NCBI GenBank assembly: GCA_965285935.1
Contig: OZ260661.1
Span: 46,314,001-46,378,000, forward strand
Origin: Ophelia neglecta
Lineage: Eukaryota
DNA length: 64,000 nucleotides
Direction of reading: 5' to 3'
Shown: positions 41,754 to 53,300 of the stretch, one piece after another
Layout: every line of letters begins with the position of its first letter
Numbering within the stretch: position 1 is the first letter of the stretch
Translations under genes and position numbers: made by a program
The notes under the pieces: model-generated
Databases searched by the model: none
What the model was told of the DNA's origin: nothing
The model's input: the letters and a program-made list of their open reading frames with translations, nothing else

Positions 41754-44700
41754 TATCAATAAAAGCACTTCCGGCCCTAGTTATCCCCCAAAACACTACT
41801 GTGATCATTGTCATCTCAACTCCCTGGAGGCGAGTTGACACTGTAGGCCATCATTTCGCCGCGGCAAATAATGTCAAATTAGGGCTCGTTTGAAGAGTAG
41901 CCTGTCTTTGTAATAATATCACATATTACATTACAAATTATTAGGTGTTTATCAGGATTCGTGTCCGATGTTTTTTGCCAGAACAAATATCAAAACACCA
42001 TTCGCATCCAATTAATGAAAAAAAGTCAGGAGACCCATGTTTATTTTAGCAACTAAATTGCAATTGACGGAATTTCAATACTGAACTTTCGCCCTTTGAC
42101 AATTGATCGTGAACATTTCATCTGACTGATATGAGCCATTACACGTTATATACGCGCATGATAGACTACATGGTGGCCGGATTCATCCTAATATAAGTCA
42201 TGTGATAATGAAACATATATTTGCCTGGTAGAATAACTTCCTGTGTTGAAACCAAATTATTAACCGCCTAATCTACAATATATAGACTGAAAAGTGGTTT
42301 GTTCGCACATTAAATAACAATCCTCCCTTCTTTGAAAATACTCCATCGATTCTATCTCTAGACAGGTCTATATTCGACTCCAGATTATTCTTTGAAATAC
42401 GCTAATGCAGCTATTTCCAAAGGATTGACCGATAGAGTTTTTTGGAATTATTACATTCTTTACGCCTCCAATGTCTCTTGAAAATCTTTAAATGGGGTGT
42501 TATCTCTTCAAACTTATGACAAATCAAATAGGCCTAGATTTGTTGATGTATTTCCCTCTATTCGCCTATCTAGAGTTAATGTCAAGTATTATATATGTGT
42601 TCTACATATCAATACCAATCAGGGTTTATGATATTCGAGGGCACTGTGTGTAATACCACATCTTATGAGTGTTGATAGTTTAAGTGTCTTCTGGTCTAGG
42701 TCGCCTCATCGCTGTCATGAAGTGAGATGCTTAGCGACACTCGAGCGCGCATTAATACACCGTTATATGCAAAGAACAACTAACTTCTACAGCCGAATCT
42801 GGCAGTCCTTTCTCTGGTGGTAGGAACACAGTCACAAAAGCTCGGCTAGGGGATCAGTTTTGAGGGCAGTTTACCTATCAACTGGGGCCTCTTGCCATGT
42901 GTTCTTTGTGGAGAAAGCACACTTTATTCCTGATGACATTTAAGGTCGGGTTCCCACTTTAGTCCCAGTGTACTTGAAGCATCACCGCTAATGGCTGTCA
43001 ATCAAGACGTTTGATACAGGCGATGGTTTTTACCTCTCAAGAGGGCAGACCCACAAATGTAGGGCCTTTATAACCAAATATAACTTCAGTATATATAAGC
43101 CTTGAGCCCGCCGGAAAAAGCAGTCTTTAGTAACTCAAAGACACAGTTGGTAGGACCTAAACGTAACTTATCGCTTTATAAGAAGCCTTGCATGTTCAAT
43201 CCAAACTCAGTTAACCACATAAATCGTAATATAAATAAGTTCGTCCACTCTTGGCCCGATATTTGAGGCGCGTAAAGCGCTAGTCATAACAAAAAATATG
43301 GTAAAGCTTTGCCCGAAAACTGCAAATGTACAAGGGGTTTAAAAACTAAGCCGGATAAGACTTCCTAAACGATAAATATGAAGGGAACTCGAATATAGAA
43401 TATTGATTAGCAATGTTAAAAGATATTAAATATATCTTTAATACTTTTCCCGCCTCAAATTACAACAATTTCAGCTCTTGTCCAATTCTGCTACAAGGGC
43501 TTGTGGACTAGGACACTCCAGAGCATTGTGACCGGGCCATCAGACCTTATGTAAATGTAGTGTCTGATTGGAAGTATTATATTTGCAGGCACGTCATATT
43601 TCAGTAAAATAGCCCTAGGCAAGATATATTGTATCGGGATAAAGCCCAAATACAAACTCGACATTTTTTCCCTTTGACACCTTTTTCACTGCCATGGTAA
43701 CCTTGCATCTCGTGTTTACCTAATCTTTAGCATACACACACGTCAGATTTAGGTTTATACTGCTTAAGCAATCAGAAAATGACAGAAGAAAAACGCCATG
43801 ATTCATATACCCTGTGCCATATGCTCCTCCATAATCTATTACTTGTAGGACGATATCTTCGTCATTCAACGGACCCTACTTCAACCGGGATTATAAATAA
43901 CACTTTCTAATATAAACAATTGTATAATGATAAGTGCACGTTAGTTTGGTTACAAGGTGACAAATGTACGCCTATAAAGGGCAGCAGTCTTTTTTCTTTT
44001 TGACACGCACGAAGGGGGCAGTGATCTCAAAGCCCCAGATTGTGCTTGCAATGCCAGATTATGGTTCATGTTTGTATGACCATACAATGTATAAATCCAT
44101 TACTTGTAACATATCTAAAAAGGTGGAAAAAAGGGCTGGAAAAATTACTGAATATCATTGATATTGACTGAATAAATAGAACCTGCGTTCAACAATTTAT
44201 AAAACTATACACATTGATAAAATTGGCGACAACTAGTGCCATGGGCAGTCAAAGGTAAAGCCTCTGTGCAAACATCATCAGGTGAAGTTGACATAACCAT
44301 TTACATAAGAAGAAACGTGATGAATATTACTTTGTGGATAAAAACCGAACCCGAGGTGACAGATTGTTTGACCTTAGGACCGAGTTCCGGTAAGTTGCTA
44401 GTTAGTATTCTCGCTTCTGTCACCTCATCCTCGGATCAATCAGAAAATTCAAGGCTCACCACAAACAAATCAAGGCAACGTCGTTAGTAAAGATCTCTTG
44501 GTTTCAATTTGTAACTCTTCCGTTGTCGACTGATGAGCCAATGCTGTCGTTTCCTGTGCGCCCTGAGTGAGGCTGCGAGAAACAGCCGCCGGTTAATCTC
44601 ATTTACGATAATCATAGGGACGCCTACATTGCCGCCAACAAAACTATCCCCGAAATGTACTTCGGAAATCTGCTGATCGGTAGTCGCTTCTTTCTCCTCT

Positions 44701-47700
44701 TCCTCCATTTTAGCGACACGGTTCAATCCGATTGCTTTTTCTGGTAAAAAGGCAATGGAGTTTGCAAGAAAAAACGGCACTGCTAAAATGCACTCTCGGT
44801 AAGGACATCACGAGAGCCAAACGTCATTGTTTTGAAACATGCCTTCCCTCGTTTATGTAAAATAATAATCTATAGGCTGGCTCTCCAAACAGAGATGGCC
44901 TGCATGCTGAGTTATGTATCAACCGATATAAGTACAGGGTGAGAGTTTTCTAAGTACAGTTTAATGGTTTGCATTTTCAGTGAAACAAAGAAGAAAGAGG
45001 CGTAGTTTCTTGTCGCAGTGTATACCAGCAGCACTTCTATAGGCCCATCGGAGGAGTTACAACGATTACATACCGCGGATTGACACAGGCGGTACCTCTC
45101 TCACTTGCCGCCCTATCATCCCACTATCTCTTCCAATATATTGGATTTTTCCCGTGGTTTAAATGGTGTTAGAGGCCCGAAAATCAATGGCAGTAAGCTT
45201 TAGAAGATTGCTGGCCTTCGCCCTGGGCGCACACCGTATTGAACGCAGATCCTAATTCCATGTCGGTGAGTTTCTAAAATAGCTTTGCCGCCTCCCAGCT
45301 TGCCCGGAATTAATATGGGTCCTGGCCCCGGTGAAAGTAGCACATGTTTTCTGCAGGACATTTCCTAAATGTGATAGGGCTACGTAGATCAAAAGGGAGC
45401 AAATTGGAGAGAAGGCAATGTCGACCTCAACAACCCGATGAAAATGATGCTTGTAGTGATTCCAGTATGGTTCATCAGTATGTCCTGCAGCCACCGGACG
45501 AAATTGTGAATTTCCTTAAACACATGTATAGTGAGCTACTCTCAGACCGCTAGAGTGGATTCGACTCAGTAAATGTCTTTTACATAGGCCTATATATATT
45601 GTGTGTTTATTGAGAATTTCATAGCCGCAGGCATATATTGCTGTTTTTGATTTGTCGTTTAATAAAGTCAAAACAATTATATAATTCGCATTAGAGAGAG
45701 AGAGAGACTCTTCCTCCCCTACCCCTGTCCTAAAACAGGTTAAGTTATTTAAAAAAATGATAATAAATACTAAAGTATACATAAACCTATATTCCCGTAT
45801 TTATAGTTTTGTTATTCCTGTATTATCTTAAATACTTGCATGTTGCCTCCACGCCATCAGACTTCCTTTGTTCCAGTAAGTCTGTACTATTAGTGGTTTG
45901 TCTTCTCCCGCTGTTCACTAACCGCATCCAACATGCGACCATTCCCTGTTAAAAAATTCAAACGCTGAATAAGTGGGTGCGATTTTGAAAGCATCTATTA
46001 CAATTGGACACCAGCGTGCTGGCAAATGCATGCCGATACTATGAGGTCAATAGAGCGTCATAATTGATTCTTACACAATTTATTTTACGGACACAAAATG
46101 CGCCGAGGCTATTTGGAGAAATTACCCTCAATCACTGACAGTGCCGCCCTGTTGGTTGTCTGGAAAATAAAATGTCGGTTACGTGTGGTTTACACAACAA
46201 AGAGGGGGAGAAGAGTGACACGCCATCCTCGCCAGTTTGAGAAGACCTAAATCAAGGTTAAAATAACAGTGATTATGAGGGGCGGTCAAGCTTGATTATC
46301 TGCTAATGGCCTATACCCGAGATGGCCAGACAGACAATGAGCCCAATTATACAACTCGCGTCCTAGACTCGACTTGACATGCCTGTTTTCAGACAAACAA
46401 ACTATCGATGACAGTTCGCCTTTCGATCCGGACCCTACCAGAAATGAGATCTCTTTTGTAGCCTGTCGGTGGGAGGTGGGTAATTTAGGCCCAGGGTGAA
46501 ACCCTCCCCCCGAGCTGGGTAGTGAATGTACCCCAGTCGGAGCCGAGGGGAACAAATGCCCCATAATGATGAGTTGAACATAATGGATAGTTTTGAATAT
46601 ATTATCACCTTCGCACAATTGAGGAAGAATAAAAAGTGTGTTTAGTAGTGCGGGTGTGGGGGCATTCTGGTGTAACCCCGAGACACCTCCCCGGGAGACG
46701 GGACCGAGGCAAAGGCACACGGACTAAATTTGCTTGTTCTCAACTGACAAAAGTGATGACACTTCTTTTCACCGTAGACTTCAGTTTGTTCAGGCATGTG
46801 AAAAATTTGCTTTTAGAAATCCCCCTCGCTAGGCACCATGGTAATTAAATTTAATGGCGGATCTGTTTTAATGGCTGAATAGACTGGCATCTCCTCATTT
46901 TAAGCACCTTTGTGTGGTATCCGAAATGGGAAATCGACGAAATCTAAACACCACAAAGTCGGTAAATATTTATCTCCCATGGGGTGATTTACAGATTAAA
47001 CCCCGGCTCTCCACGACCTGATATAAATCAAAACGGCGCGTCCTTTTGTGGGAGTTTTAAGCCTCCTATCTTCTTCTGGTCCCTAAAAGCCCCCAAATCG
47101 TCTCTTCTCAATACGTTAGCCAGATCCGACCACATGGGGTATCTAATCTTGTTTAAAAATAATATTGTATTGCGCGGTTTTGTGCTGGGGTGATATCATA
47201 CACCTGCTAGGGATTTGTCAAACCCGGCTCACTTATCATCTGACTTTCACAAATAACATACTGCCAAATTTAAAATTGGTACAAGTTTCATAAAGATTGA
47301 CAAGTTATTTATCATACAATGTTAAGAATGTGTAACAAATTTTCCAGTGTCCATTTTTATCATAACTTAATCGGATTGTCAGTTATTCAATCCAGTCTTA
47401 AGAGCGCACACAGGTTAGTAACACATGTGATACAATTTTAGATATAAAAAATATCAAATATTGCTATTTATATAAATACACATTCTTATAAATGCCTAGG
47501 ACTTATTGTCACTAGTACGTTATATGATTTCATTATAAAAGTTCGTAAGCGTTTTAGATGTAAAAAATAATTAGGTGTAAAAATGAATAAACAAATTCAA
47601 TGATTGAATAAAATAAATGAGTATTTAAGTATCAAAGAGTGTCAAGCTGAAAACATTCCAGGTTAGAGTTGTTTATCGCTTTCCAAGGGCCAGATAGAAA

Positions 47701-48209
47701 AAGTATTTTTCAGCCTGGCTCATCACATAGTCATAACACAACTAAAAGAACACAATTGATTACAGTGTATATATATTATCAAATTTACACCGTGTAATAG
47801 AATTTGATTCAATAAAACGAACAAACACCTTTTCAGTCGCCATGGAGGCCTAATTGGGGTATTTTAGGAGTATATTTGTAGGGAGTATATTTGTAGGGCT
47901 ATCGTGGGTGAAAAAAATTAAAATAAATATAGGAAAGCGTACTTAAGATTTTTGCATTTACAGCTAAAATTATTTCTTTGGTAATGAGAAGGATATTTTT
48001 TCTCCAGTAGCCTTCTTAACGACTTTAAATATGCTACTAAATACAGAATTCGTTGACTAATTTCCGATGAAATTACATTATGCAATTATTAATTATTTTG
48101 CTAGCGATAAATATATTTACTTAGTTCATATCTAAAGCCTGTACTAAGCGTTCAGGCTAAAAGATAAAATTGCAATGACACAAATTGGGTTTTCCATACG
48201 GGTAATAAT

Positions 48210-48215
48210 TTTATT
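48210..48215 (-). terminator. Candidate polyadenylation signal (AATAAA) for Six3/6
   Basis: AATAAA on the minus strand followed about 25 nt later by TTTGTGTC...TTTT. Alternative AATAAA hexamers lie at 49364-49369 and 48743-48748; I cannot choose among them without RNA data. Confidence 0.3.
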
Positions 48216-49668
48216 TGACTATACAACAAGCTACAATGAATCGTACGTGATGATTACGCCGTAGGTTTTCACAAAACATAATTACATTATGTAGCTTTAA
48301 AATAAAAATTAGATAGATTTTAACAAGTGTGTATAATAAAAAATAGTTATCAATACCACCAGTAACACCCTGTAGCCGGATTTTTTTTCTCTCACAATTC
48401 TGATGATACGATATGATGAAAAAATTCATTATGATAAAACTCATAATAATTAAATACCACTGTAATGACATTGAGTTGACATAATCATAGAGTTTTATAA
48501 TGACAAATATCAGTAATAAATAAATATCATTGCCTTGCAAAACCGGCAAAGCGAAAAAATTGTCTATGGCAAAGATTAATTAAACCATGTGATTGATATG
48601 AGTGTGCCATGCTGTTGCTTTAATCGCCGATTTTCTCAATCTCTATGAATGAATTAAGTGGTAAGGTTCAAACCAAGTGAAGAACAAATAGCATTGGGTT
48701 AAATATTACAATATTTTAACTATGAATAAGCACTCCATCTGCTTTATTGTGTATATTTGAATATATAAAGGCAAATATAATATCTGTTGCTAGAAGTTTC
48801 TACTGATACCATGCATTTATACCACTATATTATAGGCATACGACATGCCGGTTATTTAACACACGTATAATATCCAACATTTAAAATATTTGTTATAAGG
48901 ACAAACTTTAAACATAGCTTACTTTTACCAAAATAACGTTAAACGTTGAAACATACTATGCCAACCATAAACACTGAATCCATGGCAAAGGACAAGTAAA
49001 TAGTGTGATTTTGACAATTCATTTACATATAAGCAATGAGATATATTTCTAAATGTCTGCACATGAACTGGTATATAAGATATCTCAGTGGTTCAAATTT
49101 GACATCATAAATGTGTTGGGGGGGGGGGGGGGAGTTCTGACAGTTTGCAAAGTTCAGGTAATAAATAGCCATGTTTTTGCCCATGTACATTCTTGTCATA
49201 CGCCAAACAATACAGTTATGTGTGTGCAAAAACCAATTTGGTATACTATCGAGTTTTTTAATCTTTCAGAACTCCACCCTAGGCCTAACTATCACCCCTG
49301 TCTTCCTGATCATATCAGCAACACACAAGGTAGCCTGCCTATAGGCTATATGTGATACATATATTTATTTAGGCCAAATCATGCGCGTCGTATATTTTCA
49401 GATGTACAATTCATGATAGATGTTCTGTAAGCTCTGCCCTCTTAATTTACGCACTTGGCTATGCTTTTCGCCATGAAAAAAAGCACAAGAAGAAATTCCT
49501 TTGAAGTCTTGAAAACAATTATACCTTCAATGGTAAAGTGAACATGCAATCTTCAATTGTCAATGCGTATGCAGACAGACTAAATTGGCATCAATGTTCA
49601 TTAAATCCTGGGTTATATTATAGCACTTTTAGAGTATGTGCCTGCTTGCGCATGCAGATAAGCCGCGA

Positions 49669-50142
49669 TCAGTTCTTGTCCTTGTTGTAAAGACCGGCGG
49701 CTGGTACCCAGATTGGAAATGGTTGACTGAGAGGTACGTGAAGCGGCGGATGACGGAGAGGGAACGGTTTTTCTGGAGGGTATTCCCGTTGTCTACCCTC
49801 CCGGGGATTGTGGTCCCGGTACCGGGGCTCCCCGCCCCTCTCTTCCCCACATTTCTCTGGACTCTCAGGCATCCGGGGCGCCAGATGTCCTTCGCCCGTC
49901 CCGCGTTCATCTTCCCTTACGACTGTGCTACTGGCTAGTGCCTCTCTGCCTCCAGCCCTCTGGGGTGAACATACACCTAACGCGCTGGGTTGCCCTCCTC
50001 CCATCAGAGGAGACGCTTTAAAGTTCAGCCAGGCTGGCATTGGGGCCTGCATTCCTTCTCGACTGAGCCCGCCCGTGCTCGGTTCCTCGCTGCCCTCGCC
50101 CGATGGGCGAGGACGCGAGTCCTCCCAAGGGCGGGCTGCTAG
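49669..50142 (-). CDS. Six3/6: Putative stop-codon readthrough extension of Six3/6 (157 codons after the recoded UGA; extended protein 435 aa)
   Basis: Stop context is GCA TGA CTA G. The frame stays open to TGA 49671-49669; ORF-track entry 49669..50052 is its 3' part (50142-50052 = 90 nt, in frame). High GC persists to the second stop and then drops. Confidence 0.7.
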   Translation of the reverse strand, partial: LAARPWEDSRPRPSGEGSEEPSTGGLSREGMQAPMPAWLNFKASPLMGGGQPSALGVCSPQRAGGREALASSTVVREDERGTGEGHLAPRMPESPEKCGEERGGEPRYRDHNPREGRQREYPPEKPFPLRHPPLHVPLSQPFPIWVPAAGLYNKDKN

Positions 50143-50144
50143 TC
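50061..50144 (-). promoter_or_regulatory. GC-rich RNA stem-loop immediately 3' of the Six3/6 UGA (candidate readthrough stimulator)
   Basis: Basal stem AGCCCGCCC (50137-50129) pairs with GGGCGGGCT (50074-50066). Apical hairpin CTCGC-GTCCTCGCCC-ATC-GGGCGAGGGC-A-GCGAG (50119-50086) gives 15 bp with one G-U pair and one bulge. Paired by eye. Confidence 0.7.
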
Positions 50145-50341
50145 ATGCGGGATTCTCCCGAGCTTCCGTCCCCGCGCCAGTGGAGGAGGAGGGGGTGGAG
50201 GCCGGGGAGAGCGAGAGGGAGGGACTAGTGGGAGGAGAGTCGCCTACCACGTCCGGTTCCTCCAGATCATCCTCGTCGTCCGTCTCGTCACGTAGTCTCG
50301 ACTGCATGCCACTCGAACCCGCTCCGCCATGATTCAACAAT
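50143..50341 (-). CDS. Six3/6: Six3/6 coding exon 2 up to the first stop (acidic, Ser/Pro-rich C-terminal tail; full protein 277 aa)
   Basis: Strong acceptor with compatible phase, and a GC-rich island in AT-rich flanks. Reads (R)LLNHGGAGSSGMQSRLRDETDDEDDLEEPDVVGDSPPTSPSLSLSPASTPSSSTGAGTEARENPA*. The KNRL...SGM.S pattern resembles vertebrate SIX3. TGA is at 50145-50143. Confidence 0.88.
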
Positions 50342-53300
50342 CTGTAACAACAAAAACAAAATGTAGGAAATTTCTATAACATAGTCTATTCTAACTCGAC
50401 ATCTACTGAGCATTCACTGAAGACAATATTAACATTTATTTTTAATATTATAGTGTGTACACAGTCGAAATGTTTATTTCGATTCACATCTTACTTTCTG
50501 GAGTATATTGGGCAAAGAAATAAATGAGTTACACTGAGGTAGGGGTGATACCTTTGCCTATATAGACATATTATTCAATTAAACAATGATTACAATCATG
50601 CCTATACAGGCTCATGTGTCTATATCTAAAGCAGTAAATCTTCCAGCCCGTAGAGATGTATACGGGAATAACGATACACGGAAAGATATTAAATATATTA
50701 GGCATAGGCCTATAGTATATATAGGAACAAGTAGATGATGTAAAATCGATCTAGAATGGAACTAAAACCATAAGTATATTATAGGCCTATAGCGAGTGGT
50801 GATAATAGACACGAAGGGGGCTGATCATTGAGATTCTCAAGACAGCCCTCAATCAGAAAAGAAAATAGCAAAACTAACTTGCGCAGGCTTGTTTTTCCTG
50901 TAAGCTGTAAGACATTTATGCTTAGACCCATTTTGAATCTCTATGCCTCAAGAGGTCGTACATTTCTTTAATTGTTACGGGAGTTTGCTTTATTATAGGC
51001 CCATATACATACTTTTTCGTTTCGTTGTTACGTGATTCATATTTTAACGCCTAGACTAATATAATTATTCGATCTAGGCCAATATTTTCCGTTATTCTTT
51101 TTATATGCTTTTATAAACATTTCTTTGCTAATGGAAATCCGGTTTTTTACAAGTTGGGTATTTCATTTCCAGCTAGGGGGGATTTATAATGTTTATATTT
51201 TCTTTGCGAATATATCATTCGTTAATTGTTAAGAGTTCGGTTTTTTTGCACATAAAATTTGCCATGCATATGGCTATTTTATTTTATTTAAATATGTTTT
51301 ATAGTTTTACAACAAATTCGGCGTTCATATAAGGAATCACACAAATAACGGCGATAGCATTTCTCCTTTACTATGAAAATCGTGCGAGAACCGTTGACCT
51401 ATACACGTTCTACGTATTTTCACTTTTCTTTTGTTAACGGCTACTTACTTCCGTTAACCTAGTAATCTTTAGACGTCCGTTTCTAGTGGTCAACTGAATG
51501 AAATAAACTCGAGCATAAGTGATGGCTGGTTAGTCTCTTCTCTGGTGTTCACTTTATAAACTAACCAATAGTTATCTCCTAAGGGTCTTTAATGAAAGAA
51601 ACTGTTAAACAACTAATAAGTGTTTCTATGGGTGCTTGAGTGATACTAACGATATTTAAAGCATCTTTGTACAGTAGCTGTCAGACTTTCTTCAATTACA
51701 AAAGTGACAAATTCCTTAATGGATCTGCCCCCATTTAACCACAATACCAGCTCCACTTTCCTGCTTGGCGCACAAACATGATTGAATGCTGGTATAGGCC
51801 CATTCATTCTTCAAACATTCGCCCACCGCTTGCATCTTTTAGTGTTCTGTATGCGCTCGGAACTGCTAATGATGTCAAGAGCATTGTTTCTATTTAGTTT
51901 TCCGTACAATATCAGAGAGCCTTACAAAATCAATGATAGTCATTACGGCTGGGGAGAACGAGAATAGCCGGGTGTCGTTTCTCAGCGGGTTTGATATCAC
52001 ACGAGCTTTGGCTAGGAAACTGACAAGGAAATAAGCTATCGTTATCCTTTTGCCGAAGAAATGCCACGGCTGGGACTGTCAACAAAACAGACAGGTGTTT
52101 GGTAAACCCGGCAGCACTAAATGACAGCTTCAGATTTATTAGCTCAAGGTAATAATGAGTTTTTCTTCACCACCAAAAAAAAGTATGATATGGCATGGAT
52201 AATCTTAGAACTATATAAGCATACATGGAGGAGAACATAAGTACTATAAAGATATATAATTAACAAACTGTTCTTTGTCCACTAAAACAGTCAGTAACTT
52301 AACACTCAAGCCCGACTATAGGCCCGGGCTATGGAATTATTTTAATAAATAATTATGAACAAATGTATCCGTTCATTTTTATATTAGACGGACAATTATT
52401 TTGTTATGATTCACAAAAACAGATATATTCACTTGCAAATCAATATGTTATGCTGTGTTGACAATATTTGCAACTCAGATTTAACATATTATGTATCAAA
52501 AATATAGTAAGCGGATGTGCATTTCCGAAAGCTATGGCAAAAACAGTAAGAGCCTCAACTATAATATTCAATAACTATAGGGTTAGATTGGTTCATCAGA
52601 GAGCTGGAACTCACAGACAAAAACACCTTTGTTGGATTCTTGTTATGATCATTACTGAGCAAAACAAAAGTACCATGAATTCGATTTGAGAGCTTGAAAT
52701 TTACTCTTATAATATAAAAGATAATATTTACAACGTGAGCGAACGGAAAAGAAGGCCTCATCTTTAACCCCTATAGGCCTATAGGACCTAGACACAAAAT
52801 ACCTACAATTCATCAGTCTGTATTTATTTTCTATCCAACGAATTGATCGATAACACTTCACTTGTAGTTTGGATACATAAGACATCAGTACAAGTATAGT
52901 AGACCGACCCAGAAGTCGACAGATAGTATGTATAAATCCCCGTCGAGTTCCAGAGTTATATATTCTATACCGTCCACCTATTATCGCCCGATGAGAACTT
53001 CGTTCGCTATAGGACCTTATCATTGCTGAGCACCGAGTTTATAAAGCTATTAGATTCTAGGTACTCGAGATAAAACTCAGTTGTTGTTTATTTTTCTTCG
53101 GCCCTGGCAGCTTGTTTTGCTTTATCGAACCTTCCATCATAATTATGCACAGATACATGTATGGGAACATTTATAGGCGCAGATAAGACGACTTAATGAA
53201 AAATGACAACGCCGGCAATGTTGTGCACGCAAACGCTGCTGTTCTGCGTAATTATATTAAGTTATTATACTCAATCTCACTTAGTATCCACACTTCTCTC

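Noticed and set aside
44484-44780. 98-aa minus ORF containing MEEEEKEATT...
   Set aside because: No recognisable domain, splice partners or coding-like bias; its length is compatible with chance.
46286-46720. 144-aa minus ORF
   Set aside because: Non-ATG start and no recognisable homology; lies in an enhancer-like GC-rich block.
49669-50052. Treating the 127-aa ORF MQAPMPAW... as a separate gene
   Set aside because: It is in frame with Six3/6, continuous with the first stop, and has no promoter of its own; readthrough explains it better, although reinitiation cannot be excluded.
50143-50145. Selenocysteine recoding of the UGA
   Set aside because: Six proteins are not known selenoproteins, the site is in a disordered tail, and I recognised no SECIS element; UGA-CUAG plus an adjacent stem fits ordinary readthrough.
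49636-50332. Plus-strand ORFs 49808..50332 (174 aa) and 49636..49938, and minus ORF 49629..49910
   Set aside because: Antisense or alternate-frame shadows of the GC-rich Six3/6 exon 2 and its extension; no independent gene signals.
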